The notes: generated by a model not told the origin, from the letters alone. 64,000 nucleotides of DNA from Bacteroidota bacterium (GCA_016709725.1 JADJMG010000007.1:222258-286257), one strand, 5' to 3'. Shown: positions 1 to 9,777, counted from the first letter of the stretch. Numbers and translations are program-made.

Positions 1-375
1 GTACCAAGAGAGAAATAATCGAAATCCTTCGTTGGTTATTAAATGTGAAAAGAAAATATCGGTAAGAATTGTGACTATAGATAAAATGAGCGTGGTAATG
101 ATACTGATAAGCCAACCTGATCCTGCAACTTCACCAAACTGCTCATTTTCGGAAGAAGCAGCAAAACGAACTAATGAGGTATGAATGATTCCAGCTCGTA
201 ACAAGTCGGCAAAAATGTATGCAGTAAGAAACATGAACCATGCTCCCATATCATCTTTGGAAAGTAATCGTGCTACTAAAGCTAAACTTCCAAATCCAAG
301 AATTGCATTGCTAATATTGCCCGCTAAGGATAAGGTATGTTTATTTTTGATGAATTTTCCTATGATTTTCGACAC
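1..375 (-). CDS. Wzx-like polysaccharide flippase (MOP superfamily). N-terminal part only; the gene runs off the window start. Probable GTG start at 375.
   Basis: Reverse-strand translation reads VSKIIGKFIKNKHTLSLAGNISNAILGFGSLALVARLLSKDDMGAWFMFLT..., which is the conserved N-terminal signature of Wzx / polysaccharide biosynthesis proteins, and it is hydrophobic. It lies directly downstream of the Wzc-like gene. It is not in the ORF table because it is partial. Confidence 0.5.
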   Translation of the reverse strand, partial: MSKIIGKFIKNKHTLSLAGNISNAILGFGSLALVARLLSKDDMGAWFMFLTAYIFADLLRAGIIHTSLVRFAASSENEQFGEVAGSGWLISIITTLILSIVTILTDIFFSHLITNEGFRLFLSWY

Positions 376-403
376 GAGGCTACAGTTTTGTGATTGTAGT
401 TCT

Positions 404-2593
404 TTACGTTCTGCGGAAGTCAAATGTTACGACTCGTTTTGCAATCCTTCGTGCATTACTTCTTCTTTTTGGGATTTCGCCAATAATTGCCTCCATTCGA
501 TCTAATTCAACAAAATTCAAGATGATAACTGGCCTTTTATCCGTTAAACTTGTAAATAAATTCAATGCCCGTGAATCAGATTCAGACCAAACACGTTCTG
601 CCGATAATAAGAATAGATTAGAATGAACACCATTAAGCAGGGTATCTGGAACAGAGAATTTGCTCAGTTCTTCTAACTCGATAATGATAACGTGATAGTC
701 TGATTTTTTAATTCCTATTTTCAAAAACCAATCTGAAATGTTCTTTGCACTGTGAAAATTTTCATCCTGTGTGTAACGATGTCCTTTAACTTTGATGGGA
801 TTTTCAAAAGTTAGATCATTTGTGCTTAAATATAATATCGAGCTGTAGTATTCAGTAAATTTATTGACTATTTTTTTTCCAATGAATGTTTTCCCTTCTC
901 CTCTTTTTATACTGGAAAGTGTGATAATGATGGGTTCATTTTCTTGATTAAAAGCTTCCTTGTTTTGAACGATAAGGTTAGACCTGAAATGTGAAAGTAT
1001 AGATTGATTTAGGCCTTCAACAATGACCATTTTATCGATGGTATTATAATTCGGAAATGCGCTTAAGAATTTTAGCCCCGTGAATTTTTCAGCGCGACTC
1101 GTACTTTGAACCGTTTTTCCCAACAGCGATTTTGCTAAGATGATCGCTAATGTGAGAATAAACGTAGCAACAAAGGCCATAATTACCAAAAAAGTTCTCT
1201 TTGAGGGTTGCGGTTTTAGAGGAAGAAAAGGGAAATCAGTTATACTTAAGTTGTTTGACATTTCTAAACTTTGCTGACGCAATTTTGCCATGTTAAGTCC
1301 ATGTAACACACTTAAATATTCTTTCTCACTGATATCAACTTCTCGTTCGATACGTTTTAAATTTGATCCAATAGGAGCGAGCTCTTTATAGATACCATCA
1401 AAACTATCTAGGCGTTTCAAAATCACTTTTAGTTTTGCCTCATTCTCATCCACAGCAAGGTAATGGCTCAGCCATTCGTTTAACATGTTAGCTCGAGGAA
1501 GACCTTCTGGAGTGTTATTCCATTTGTACTGAACTTCGATTTCGTCTTTAATCGATTTCTTTAGTTTTTCTGAATCTGCGCGGTAATTACTTAATAATTC
1601 TCGATCTTCATTGTACAATTCAGCATTCGCAATTTTATAGGTCAATTCTGATAATTGTTCGCGCAGCTTGGAGAGTTTGGCATTTACTTCGAGAATGTTT
1701 TTCTTCATCTCAATTTTTTGCTCTACTTTCTTTAATGCCGCTAGTGATGATTCTAACAATTCTTCTTGTTTTTGACGATCAGCTGTGACGTTCTCCTTTG
1801 ATTCAGCTACAAACTTGGCTTGTTCATAATAGTTGATTATTTTGTTCTGTGAGCTATAATCTCTCAGCCGATCTTCAGACTGTCGCAATTGCAAAGCAGC
1901 AAGTCGGAGTTGTTCTTCAAAATAGTTCACCACGTTATTGGTTTCTCGTCCTTTGATGCCTTTGTAGCGAGATATAACAACATCGACAATGAACTGAAGT
2001 GTTTGTTGGCATACGGCAGGATCATTGCTTTTATAGGAGATCTCAATCATGTCACTGGATTGCTTTCTCATTGCACTCATGTTCGCAGAAATCTCATCTA
2101 AACTATAAATACTGCCTGGTGAAGAGAGCAGTTGAACAATCTCATTATTTTCTTTGGCTTTTTTGAAGCTTTCAATTTTAAAAAAGGTTAGATCCTCTGA
2201 TCCCTTAACGATTAACTGCAATCGCAATTTTTCTGGAATTGACTCGCGAATTTTATTGAAATTTTCTTCTGAAAGTTCTTTGTAGCTAGGCTTCTTTATG
2301 AGCAAATGTTTTGCTAATAGTCGCATGCCTACTTCTTCAATGGATTCCCTTGATTTGATAGTGGCCATTAAATTGTCAAATGCATTGTTGACAGCAAAAT
2401 AATCTACACGATCGTTTTCGTCCGAGGTAATTCCATATCCACTTGCAATTCCAGTGTAAACTTGTGTATTGGAAACATATTCCTTCTTGGTAATACGGGT
2501 TAGAAAAAACACGACACCCGCTGTAAGCAGCGGGAATAAAACTAGAAGTTTCCAGTTTCTAAATATAATCCGAATAAATTCAAGAAGGTTCAC
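404..2593 (-). CDS. Polysaccharide chain-length determinant / tyrosine-kinase-like protein (Wzc/GumC family)
   Basis: 729 aa. N-terminal TM segment plus Wzz-like domain, a long coiled-coil region, a second TM segment, and a C-terminal P-loop segment SSIKRGEGKTF that matches a BY-kinase Walker A motif. It sits between a flippase and a sugar transferase. Confidence 0.7.
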   Translation of the reverse strand: MNLLEFIRIIFRNWKLLVLFPLLTAGVVFFLTRITKKEYVSNTQVYTGIASGYGITSDENDRVDYFAVNNAFDNLMATIKSRESIEEVGMRLLAKHLLIKKPSYKELSEENFNKIRESIPEKLRLQLIVKGSEDLTFFKIESFKKAKENNEIVQLLSSPGSIYSLDEISANMSAMRKQSSDMIEISYKSNDPAVCQQTLQFIVDVVISRYKGIKGRETNNVVNYFEEQLRLAALQLRQSEDRLRDYSSQNKIINYYEQAKFVAESKENVTADRQKQEELLESSLAALKKVEQKIEMKKNILEVNAKLSKLREQLSELTYKIANAELYNEDRELLSNYRADSEKLKKSIKDEIEVQYKWNNTPEGLPRANMLNEWLSHYLAVDENEAKLKVILKRLDSFDGIYKELAPIGSNLKRIEREVDISEKEYLSVLHGLNMAKLRQQSLEMSNNLSITDFPFLPLKPQPSKRTFLVIMAFVATFILTLAIILAKSLLGKTVQSTSRAEKFTGLKFLSAFPNYNTIDKMVIVEGLNQSILSHFRSNLIVQNKEAFNQENEPIIITLSSIKRGEGKTFIGKKIVNKFTEYYSSILYLSTNDLTFENPIKVKGHRYTQDENFHSAKNISDWFLKIGIKKSDYHVIIIELEELSKFSVPDTLLNGVHSNLFLLSAERVWSESDSRALNLFTSLTDKRPVIILNFVELDRMEAIIGEIPKRRSNARRIAKRVVTFDFRRT

Positions 2594-2594
2594 T

Positions 2595-3404
2595 TTATCT
2601 AACTAAGGTATCTAATCGCTTTCCTAATAATTTTTCAAGTTGCTGATAATTGGTATAGAAATCTTTTTTAGAAATTTCATAATCTGTTTCAGCCCTGGTA
2701 GCTATCGCAGAAACAGATGAAAAATCAGCGATGGAGATGTCTCCCTGGGAGAATTGTTTATCTGCCATATCCAACAGTAATCGACTGGTTCCGCGCGAAG
2801 CACTTGCTATCATCATCATTCGATGTGATGTTAACATATTGTTATACTCATAAACGACCTGCCGGGATACATCCATTTTGATCTTTTCCCATGTTTGTCG
2901 TCTAACTTCTAATTCTTGCTTATATACATTGATTCGACTAGTTCTTCCAAAAAGTAGAAACAACGGAACATTAACATTGAGGGCTAATCTGAATCCAGTT
3001 TGAACGGTTGCCGATTGAATGGCTTCAGGTTCTTGATTGGTGTTGTAAAATGAATTTTGATTACCTAATGGCTGTGTGGAAGTTCCAAAAACACCGTTCT
3101 GCCATTCTCGTCGAGCAAATTTTATTTGTTGTGTTCCCGCTTCAATCAAGGCATCTTGCGCTTTCATAGTTGGACTATTTAACGCAGCTATGGTAATGAG
3201 ACTATCTAAGGATACTAATTGCTCTCTTAAATCTTTGGTAAGATCAATGGTTTTGATGGATAAACTATCTCCATCCGTTACTCTTAACTCTTGATTTATC
3301 ATACTTCCATTTTCTACAGACTGAGAATACGCAATCTGAGAAATTGACAAACCTAGAAGTAGGGTGAAGGCATACAAAGGGAATTTATACTTTCCGACTA
3401 ACAT
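2595..3404 (-). CDS. Hypothetical secreted / outer-membrane protein in the EPS locus
   Basis: 269 aa with an N-terminal signal peptide. Ends 2 bp from the Wzc start, so it is in the same operon. The C-terminal half has weak TolC-like character. I do not recognise a specific family. Confidence 0.35.
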   Translation of the reverse strand: MLVGKYKFPLYAFTLLLGLSISQIAYSQSVENGSMINQELRVTDGDSLSIKTIDLTKDLREQLVSLDSLITIAALNSPTMKAQDALIEAGTQQIKFARREWQNGVFGTSTQPLGNQNSFYNTNQEPEAIQSATVQTGFRLALNVNVPLFLLFGRTSRINVYKQELEVRRQTWEKIKMDVSRQVVYEYNNMLTSHRMMMIASASRGTSRLLLDMADKQFSQGDISIADFSSVSAIATRAETDYEISKKDFYTNYQQLEKLLGKRLDTLVR

Positions 3405-3406
3405 GG

Positions 3407-4030
3407 TTATACGTTTTCGCTTTGTAACATGGCTGGAAAAGTCTTCAAAATAATCTTTAGATCTAATAAGATGGAGTGATTAAGTGCATAATTATTATCA
3501 AGTGCAATTCTTTCTTCTTCTGACATGTCTTTTTTTCCACGCTTTGTCACTTGCCATAATCCAGTTAGACCTGCAGGTGCAAGAAAACGAAATGCTCTTA
3601 TATCGGTGGTTAGTAATTCAGCTTCATAAAGTGGAAGTGGACGATTGCCAACCAGTGACATATCACCCTTAAGAATATTTATCAACTGTGGTAATTCATC
3701 AATAGAGGAGTTACGCAAGAATTTTCCGATGCGAGAAATGCGCGGATCATTTTTTGCTTTAAAAAAGATTCCTTGTTTTTCAACATCTTGCAAGAAGAAA
3801 TAGAAGTTTTCACAGAATTGTTTATTATCCGAATACATGATAGGAGAACAAGCTTTACCAAGTCTTTCGCAGTCCGGACAACTGGTAGGAATTTCAATCC
3901 TTGGTCCCTCAGCATATAAATTAAGATGGTTCATATTTCCGATACTTTTATCAGCACCGGGGATCATAGTTCTAAATTTTAATAAATCGAAAATTCTGTA
4001 ATTGGAACCAACTCGTTTTGAACGATACAT
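3407..4030 (-). CDS. Sugar phosphotransferase (bacterial sugar transferase, WbaP/EpsB-like), C-terminal catalytic fragment. Separated from its N-terminal fragment by a 1-bp homopolymer frameshift.
   Basis: Contains KFRTM...DPRISRIGKFLRNSSIDELPQLINILKGDMSLVG, the Bac_transf signature. The 5' end overlaps the upstream fragment in another frame. Confidence 0.7.
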   Translation of the reverse strand: MYRSKRVGSNYRIFDLLKFRTMIPGADKSIGNMNHLNLYAEGPRIEIPTSCPDCERLGKACSPIMYSDNKQFCENFYFFLQDVEKQGIFFKAKNDPRISRIGKFLRNSSIDELPQLINILKGDMSLVGNRPLPLYEAELLTTDIRAFRFLAPAGLTGLWQVTKRGKKDMSEEERIALDNNYALNHSILLDLKIILKTFPAMLQSENV

Positions 4031-4533
4031 AATCGCCCCTTTGATTCAAGTCGAATGGCGATAGCTGTAAGTATAAGTATGGGTGATGCCATTAAAAGAA
4101 CAACCGATGAAAAGCTGATGTCAATTAATCTTTTTACAATTAAACTTTTTCTGCTATAGAGTGAAAGCAGGGAAAATCTTCCGTGCTTATTCGTAAACAA
4201 GTGAATAACTTGAAAAACAGTCGTCACAACTTTTTCGGTTGCCACCACATCTAAGTATCCAGCATTTAAGAAATAATTAAGGTTGGAACGATCTGGTTTA
4301 TCGGAGTAACCAATAATAATAGTTTTACGAAAAGATGGTTTTGCACGAATTATTTTCATCGTATCCCCAGCAAATTCATTAGGAGTGTAAACCGGTGTTA
4401 CAAGGATGTCGGGAATATGATCGTTGCACATAAAGTCAAAAGCAGTCTCTAGATCTGCGAAACTTTTTACTTGATGCTTTGGAAATGCTTCCTCTAACTT
4501 TTCTTGCGCAGCTACTTGCGGATGGATATACAC
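3979..4533 (-). CDS. Sugar phosphotransferase N-terminal fragment, consisting of a CheY-like/receiver-like domain followed by a TM anchor
   Basis: KRLIDISFSSVVLLMASPILILTAIAIRLESKG is the canonical membrane-anchor lead-in to the Bac_transf domain. Shifting frame at the C-run at 4035-4038 gives ESKG(A/P)IMYRSKRVG...KFRTM, continuous with ORF 3407-4030. The N-terminal ~100 aa look like a receiver domain. Confidence 0.6.
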   Translation of the reverse strand: MYIHPQVAAQEKLEEAFPKHQVKSFADLETAFDFMCNDHIPDILVTPVYTPNEFAGDTMKIIRAKPSFRKTIIIGYSDKPDRSNLNYFLNAGYLDVVATEKVVTTVFQVIHLFTNKHGRFSLLSLYSRKSLIVKRLIDISFSSVVLLMASPILILTAIAIRLESKGRLCIVQNELVPITEFSIY

Positions 4534-4559
4534 TACTTTAATACTCTCTTCACTGTATA

Positions 4560-4940
4560 TTAAGCTGCTTGTGACCTTCTAAATACAGACTGTATTCTTA
4601 CTAATAATTCTTCTGGATTAAAAGGCTTTTGAAGGTAATCATCAGCTCCAGCAGTAAACGATTTTATTCGATCTTCACTCTTCTGTTTGCAGGATAACAT
4701 AATGATGGGTACTGCTTGCATTCCGGTTTGTTTTCGTATGCTCTCAGTGAGTTCATAACCATTGATCATGGGCATATCTATATCGACCAAGATTAAGTCC
4801 GCAGTATTGCCTTCTTTGAACCAACTCATGGCTTCATAGCCATTATCTTTTGTAAAAACAGTGTAGTCGTCCGATAAAAAATTGTCAAGTAGCATTCTGA
4901 TACTTAATTCATCGTCAACTACCAGTATTCTCTTTTTCAT
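4560..4940 (-). CDS. Single-domain response regulator (CheY-like receiver)
   Basis: 126 aa. ILVVDDE at the N-terminus, the phospho-acceptor region DLILVDIDMP, and a conserved K in QKPF. Confidence 0.85.
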   Translation of the reverse strand: MKKRILVVDDELSIRMLLDNFLSDDYTVFTKDNGYEAMSWFKEGNTADLILVDIDMPMINGYELTESIRKQTGMQAVPIIMLSCKQKSEDRIKSFTAGADDYLQKPFNPEELLVRIQSVFRRSQAA

Positions 4941-5051
4941 GGGTCTAGTTTATGGAATGTTTATACGTAAGTTACTTACCAAAGGTTTTGATTTTGTAAA
5001 AAGTATCTGCCTTCATGAGTTCAATCAGCGTTTTTTCTACTTCCAATTTGA

Positions 5052-5921
5052 TCATTGGCCATTTTTTATGATTTCCAATTGCGCTAATTCATCCGAAGCA
5101 TGGTCCTCTATCCATTTCATCTCATTCTCTAAATGAGTATTCCCCGACATATTCATATTGGGAATTAGTTTGTGTGAAAATTTATTCACCGAAATCCAAT
5201 CTCCTTGTTGAATAGCATGATTTAACTCGTTTATGGTAGGGGGTACGGTGTCAATAATGGCTTGAAGCATCTTGACTATAAAACTGTCTTTTCCACGTGA
5301 AAAACTTTGCAATACATGGAGACTCGCGTGTTCAAATTGAATAATGGGATCGGTAGTTGGCGGTACATCTTGGTTAGGTATGGGAATTATTTCTTCATCA
5401 ATTTCATACTTGGTGCTACCAAGCTGTTGTGTGATTAATTTATAAAGTTTATTTGAACTATAAGGTTTGAAAATAACATCATTCATTCCATACTCTTTAA
5501 ATTTTATTTCATCTCCATTTTTTGCATTTGCAGTGATGGCAATTATGGGAATGTTTTGCTGGTGCTTAGGGAATTGATTTCTGATAATATGCGTCGCGTC
5601 AATTCCATCTAAAATTGGCATTTGAATATCCATCAAAATAAGATCAAACTCTTTCCTGTGATAGAGCTCAATGGCAATCTGTCCGTTGTCTGCAATGTCT
5701 AAACTAGCACCCCATTCAGTGATTAGCTCAGAGGCAAAAAGTTGATTTACTCGATTGTCCTCTGCCAAAAGAATTTTCACACCTTTTAATGTGCCTTCAT
5801 AACTATTTTCTGTGCTTGTAGAGGCTACAATTGAATCAGGATTTGACTTTTCAAAAAGTAATTCAAAGGAAAATGAACTTCCTTTTTCATACTTGCTTTC
5901 CAAATGAATAGTGCTATTCAT
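5052..5921 (-). CDS. Hybrid sensor histidine kinase, C-terminal fragment (end of HATPase domain, receiver domain, HPt domain)
   Basis: Starts at HLESKYEKGSSFSFEL, which is the end of a HATPase_c domain. It continues ILLAEDNRVNQ...DLILMDIQMP (receiver) and ends in an HPt-like tail. It is contiguous with ORF 5921-7480 after a 1-bp frameshift. Confidence 0.8.
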   Translation of the reverse strand: MNSTIHLESKYEKGSSFSFELLFEKSNPDSIVASTSTENSYEGTLKGVKILLAEDNRVNQLFASELITEWGASLDIADNGQIAIELYHRKEFDLILMDIQMPILDGIDATHIIRNQFPKHQQNIPIIAITANAKNGDEIKFKEYGMNDVIFKPYSSNKLYKLITQQLGSTKYEIDEEIIPIPNQDVPPTTDPIIQFEHASLHVLQSFSRGKDSFIVKMLQAIIDTVPPTINELNHAIQQGDWISVNKFSHKLIPNMNMSGNTHLENEMKWIEDHASDELAQLEIIKNGQ

Positions 5922-7480
5922 TAGGTAAGTAAGTCTTTCACGATTGTCAAACCAAGTCCAAGGCCACCATGCATACGACTTGATTCATCATTGGCTTGTG
6001 TAAAGGCTTCAAATATGTTTTGGAGTTTACTGGCTTGAATACCTATTCCAGTGTCAGAAACAGAGAAACGAATATGGCATTCCGTATTGGTTTCAGCAAT
6101 GAGGTCGGCCGAGAATACAACTTTTCCCGTTGGTGTAAATTTAATGGCATTGCTTATTAAATGCATTAACACTTGATTCAATTTGTTAACGTCACCAATC
6201 AAGCATGGATTAATTTCGTCATCAATAAAACTAATTAACTCAATTTTCTTGTGCTGCGCATTTGTCTTGAAAGTATAATTGAGATTATAAAACAAATTTG
6301 TTAAATCGAAAGGGGCGTTACGAAGTTTACTTCTTCCTTCTTTGAGTTTGCTAAAATCAAAAATATCATTAAATAATAGAAGCAAATTCTCAGTACTTTG
6401 CTTAATAGATTGTGCATATTTATACTGCTGATCATTCAGCGGTGATTTAAGTAAAAGCTTAGTGAGTCCAACGATTCCATTCATGGGCGTCTTAATTTCA
6501 TGACTCATGTTGGCAAGAAATAGTTCCTTAATTTGATTGGATTCTTCTGCTGATTGCTTGGCTTTCTTTAAGTCATTCTCAGCTATTAGTCGTTTGGTGA
6601 TATCTTGTGAGAAGGCAATAACATAATCGTCTTCTCCTTCTTCCGTAACCTTGTAGTTTTTAAAAAGCAAACTGAGTTGATGCCCCGACTTACTTTGTAC
6701 TTTTAGAATTCCTTCTTGGACTTGATTCGATTGTAAATTTGACAAATATTCCTTTTGAAATTGTTCTCGATATTCTATCGGCATAAAATCTGAAATTCGT
6801 TTTCCAATAAGATCATGTGATTCATACTCTAAGATTTCACATCCTGCTGGATTCATAGAAAGTATTGTGCCTGTCATATCGTGTGTACAGATAATGGCCT
6901 GACTATAATTGATTAAATCCCGATTCCTTTTTTCACTCTTAATTATTTCCTGCTCGTAAATTTTTCGGGTTGTTACATCATTGAAAAGGATTAAATAAGC
7001 CGTTTTCTTCGAGTTAGGATTGATCATGGGAGTAGCGGTTCCTTCTAACCAAATAGATTGTCCATTCTTGTTCAAGTATCTAATTTCACCTTGCCATGTT
7101 TTACCATTTAAGAGCGACCTTTTAGCCAGTTCAATCGTGGAATGTTGATCTTTTGAAAGTAAATCCCAAGTATAAAGGTTAGTGATCTCCTCCGATTTTA
7201 AATTGAGCAGTAATTCTAATTTTCGATTGATAGATACAATTTTTCCTGACTTGTCAAGGATAGCCGACAAACTCGATTCATTGATGGCATGTTTAATATT
7301 TGCATTTTCAACGCTTGATTCTTCCTTGAATAATTGAAAAATATTGTCAATGGTTTTATTCTTGATATCATCCTTGACATAGGATGCTGATATGGCCTCC
7401 AAAAAACTCCCCATTTCTGGATGTGTAGGTAGATGGTTGCCAAAATACTTAGCAAGTTGTCGTTGTAGTAAAGGATGCAT
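5921..7480 (-). CDS. Hybrid sensor histidine kinase, N-terminal fragment (PAS domains, HisKA, HATPase)
   Basis: Two PAS-like segments, H-box ANMSHEIKTPMNGIVGL, N/G boxes ISNAIKFT...DTGIGI...GGLGLGL. It ends ...TIVKDLLT* where homologs read VKRL..L.GGTIHLES. Adding one A to the run gaaaga gives VKRLTYLMNSTIHLES, continuous with the next ORF. Confidence 0.85.
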   Translation of the reverse strand: MHPLLQRQLAKYFGNHLPTHPEMGSFLEAISASYVKDDIKNKTIDNIFQLFKEESSVENANIKHAINESSLSAILDKSGKIVSINRKLELLLNLKSEEITNLYTWDLLSKDQHSTIELAKRSLLNGKTWQGEIRYLNKNGQSIWLEGTATPMINPNSKKTAYLILFNDVTTRKIYEQEIIKSEKRNRDLINYSQAIICTHDMTGTILSMNPAGCEILEYESHDLIGKRISDFMPIEYREQFQKEYLSNLQSNQVQEGILKVQSKSGHQLSLLFKNYKVTEEGEDDYVIAFSQDITKRLIAENDLKKAKQSAEESNQIKELFLANMSHEIKTPMNGIVGLTKLLLKSPLNDQQYKYAQSIKQSTENLLLLFNDIFDFSKLKEGRSKLRNAPFDLTNLFYNLNYTFKTNAQHKKIELISFIDDEINPCLIGDVNKLNQVLMHLISNAIKFTPTGKVVFSADLIAETNTECHIRFSVSDTGIGIQASKLQNIFEAFTQANDESSRMHGGLGLGLTIVKDLLT

Positions 7481-7636
7481 ATCGTATATTCTTACTTCTT
7501 CTACGATTTGACTCGAAAATTGTTACTCTAAAATGAATCAATAAATGATCTCAATCACCACCGAAATTTAAAACCAATTTAAATTTCTGTGTGACAATAA
7601 AATTTATATCTTATTGAAAATGAATAAGATGTATAT

Positions 7637-8449
7637 CTATAGAATCGCGTGTCTTATTTTAAGCAATTGTTGTAAAAGCGTTTCAACCTTATCCAATGCA
7701 ATCATATTTGCACCATCACTTAATGCTTCTGCAGGATTCGGGTGTGTCTCTAAGAAAATACCATCAGCGCCCGTAGCAATAGCAGCCTTTGCAATAGTAG
7801 CGATAAGCTCAGGACGACCTCCAGTAACACCTGAACTTTGATTAGGTTGCTGAACACTATGCGTAATGTCCATCACAACAGGGTATCCAAAATTCTTCAT
7901 TGTGGGAATTCCTCTGTAGTCAACAACTAAATCTGAATAACCTAAAGACGTTCCTCTTTCAGTAAGCATGATGTTACTATTTCCTGAATTAAAAATTTTC
8001 TCCACCGCAAATTTCATTGCTTCAGGAGAAGAAAATTGTCCTTTTTTAACATTTACAACTTTATGAGTTTTCGCAGCAGCAACCAACAAGTCTGTTTGTC
8101 GACATAAAAAGGCAGGAATTTGCAATATATCAACATACTCTGCTGCAATGGCTGCTTCATGACTTTCGTGAATGTCGGTAAGCAAGGGTAGATTTAACTC
8201 TTTTCCCACCTTGCTTAAAATTCCCAAAGCAAGTTCATCGCCCATACCGGTATAAGAATCGATACGTGTACGATTCGCTTTACGAAATGAAGCTTTGAAA
8301 ATAAAAGGGATGCCTAAACGATTAGTGATTTGCTGCAATTTGTGTGCTGTTTGATACGTAATTTCTTCACTTTCCACTACACAAGTACCAGCGATTAAGA
8401 AAAAACTTTTAGTATCGGTATTTTTTAGATGGGGGATATGTGGATACAT
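7637..8449 (-). CDS. kdsA: 3-deoxy-8-phosphooctulonate synthase (KDO8P synthase)
   Basis: 270 aa. IAGTCVVESEE, FKASFRKANRT, QIPAFLCRQTDL, TERGTSLGYSDLVVDYRG, DITHSVQQP: collinear with KdsA. Confidence 0.9.
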   Translation of the reverse strand: MYPHIPHLKNTDTKSFFLIAGTCVVESEEITYQTAHKLQQITNRLGIPFIFKASFRKANRTRIDSYTGMGDELALGILSKVGKELNLPLLTDIHESHEAAIAAEYVDILQIPAFLCRQTDLLVAAAKTHKVVNVKKGQFSSPEAMKFAVEKIFNSGNSNIMLTERGTSLGYSDLVVDYRGIPTMKNFGYPVVMDITHSVQQPNQSSGVTGGRPELIATIAKAAIATGADGIFLETHPNPAEALSDGANMIALDKVETLLQQLLKIRHAIL

Positions 8450-8561
8450 CTTTTTTTTGCAAAGATAAGAAAGGTTTTAGGAAGATGGCAGTTCTAAAAT
8501 ACGATGTTAATCAATCAAATCGATCGCTCTTAGCTATTGAATACGAGCTGTATGATGGATT

Positions 8562-9752
8562 CTATTCTACAAAAAGAACCAAACCCTTAAGATACTCTGC
8601 TTCGGGATGATAAATGCTAACAGGATGGTCGGCCGGTTGGGTTAGTTGATGCAAAATTTTGACTTCTCGTTGAGCTTGAATGGCCGATTGAAATATTATT
8701 TTTCGGAACAACTCTTTATCTACAGCTTGCGAGCAACTAAATGTAAACAATAATCCACCTGACTTAATATGCTTCAATCCTTCGGTATTTAAATTGCGAT
8801 AACCAATCATCGCATTACTTACTTGATTTAAATGCTTGGCAAATGCTGGTGGATCAAGTATGAGAATATCATATTGCATTTCTAATTGGCGCAAGTATGA
8901 CATAACGTCGGATGTACTCGATTGATGTTTGCCTTGAAATTGATTCAATGCTACGTTAAACTCCAGTCCTTCTATTGCTCGAGCAGAACTATCCACTGAA
9001 TGAACTTCAGTTGCACCTCCTTGCAAAGAAGCCAGTGAAAATCCTCCTGTATAAGCAAAGGTATTTAACACTGTTTTTCCCTTGGAATAGTGCTTAAGTA
9101 ATTGTCGATTATCACGCTGGTCTAAGAAGAATCCAGTCTTCTGACCATTTACAAAGTCAACAGAAAGCTTTATTCCATGTTCAAGAACGGTTTCATTGGC
9201 ATGATAGTTTTCTCTTTGTGCAAGAAAAATATTATCAGGTTTTTCATGCCCATGTTTGGCCATAGTTTCTGCACTTTTATCGTAAACAGCGTCAATGAAA
9301 GGCATCTCCTCTAAAATTAATTTAGCTAAAAAGGATTTAATCGATTGCATTCCTAAGCTATAACTTTGAAGCACCACAGTGTTTCCATACACATCAGCAA
9401 TAAGTCCGGGCATCCCATCTCCCTCACCATGAATTAGTCGAAAGGAATTAGTTTGAGTATTGGGAAAAGTTAAAACATGACGCAGCGACAAACATTTTTT
9501 AATCTTTTCTCTAAAGAATAGATCATCAACAACTTTTTCCTCGAAATCAAAACAACGAATACTGATCGTACCACGTTGAAAATGACCTGTGGCTAAATAT
9601 TCTCCTTTTGCTGAATGTACTTGAACCAAATCGCCATTATTTAGTTCTGCAGGTTCAACTGCAATGGCGCCACTGAAAACCCAAGGATGCTTTTGTAAGA
9701 GTGATCTTTCTTTGCCTTTCTTTAATTGGATAATAGGATAGGGGAGCGACAT
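8562..9752 (-). CDS. rlmI: 23S rRNA (cytosine1962-C5)-methyltransferase RlmI (PUA domain plus class I SAM methyltransferase)
   Basis: 396 aa, collinear with E. coli RlmI/YccW: KGKERSLLQKHPWVFSGAI, RLIHGEGDGMPGLIADVYG, TGFFLDQRDNR, LNTFAYTGGFS, ILDPP, FTFSCS, ADHPV. Confidence 0.85.
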   Translation of the reverse strand: MSLPYPIIQLKKGKERSLLQKHPWVFSGAIAVEPAELNNGDLVQVHSAKGEYLATGHFQRGTISIRCFDFEEKVVDDLFFREKIKKCLSLRHVLTFPNTQTNSFRLIHGEGDGMPGLIADVYGNTVVLQSYSLGMQSIKSFLAKLILEEMPFIDAVYDKSAETMAKHGHEKPDNIFLAQRENYHANETVLEHGIKLSVDFVNGQKTGFFLDQRDNRQLLKHYSKGKTVLNTFAYTGGFSLASLQGGATEVHSVDSSARAIEGLEFNVALNQFQGKHQSSTSDVMSYLRQLEMQYDILILDPPAFAKHLNQVSNAMIGYRNLNTEGLKHIKSGGLLFTFSCSQAVDKELFRKIIFQSAIQAQREVKILHQLTQPADHPVSIYHPEAEYLKGLVLFVE

Positions 9753-9777
9753 ACTTTACGGTTCGAACGAATCTTTT

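Noticed and set aside
185-626. Plus-strand ORFs 185-505 and 390-626
   Set aside because: They lie antisense within or overlapping the flippase and Wzc genes, have low-complexity composition and no recognisable motifs. They are shadow ORFs in AT-rich DNA.
1889-2101. Short ORFs nested antisense in large genes. Examples: 1889-2101, 3076-3294, 3484-3672, 3682-3915, 7216-7455, 7614-7841, 9955-10212, 10950-11177, 13883-14080, 15453-15701, 17021-17341, 18627-18896, 19313-20475 (several), 20724-20936, 22464-22652, 23983-24299, 26187-26418, 27287-27484, 27809-28015, 28352-28594, 28926-29467, 30250-30480, 30801-31286, 31944-32195, 32299-32681, 36646-37144, 38690-38872, 39752-40931, 42330-42533, 43760-43942, 46208-46687, 47119-47400, 47734-48293, 48625-48807, 49455-49895, 50634-50834, 52754-53109, 55115-55321, 55785-56006, 56391-56969, 57305-57532, 58039-58275, 59733-59981, 60577-60837, 61317-62131, 63206-63394.
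   Set aside because: Each lies entirely inside a longer ORF with a clear family assignment, in another frame or on the other strand, which is common in low-GC DNA. None carries a signal peptide, a domain signature or its own promoter/terminator context.
2595-3404. Assigning the 269-aa EPS-locus protein as Wza polysaccharide export protein or TolC
   Set aside because: The Wza PES/Poly_export motif is not visible, and the protein is too short for TolC. I left it as hypothetical.
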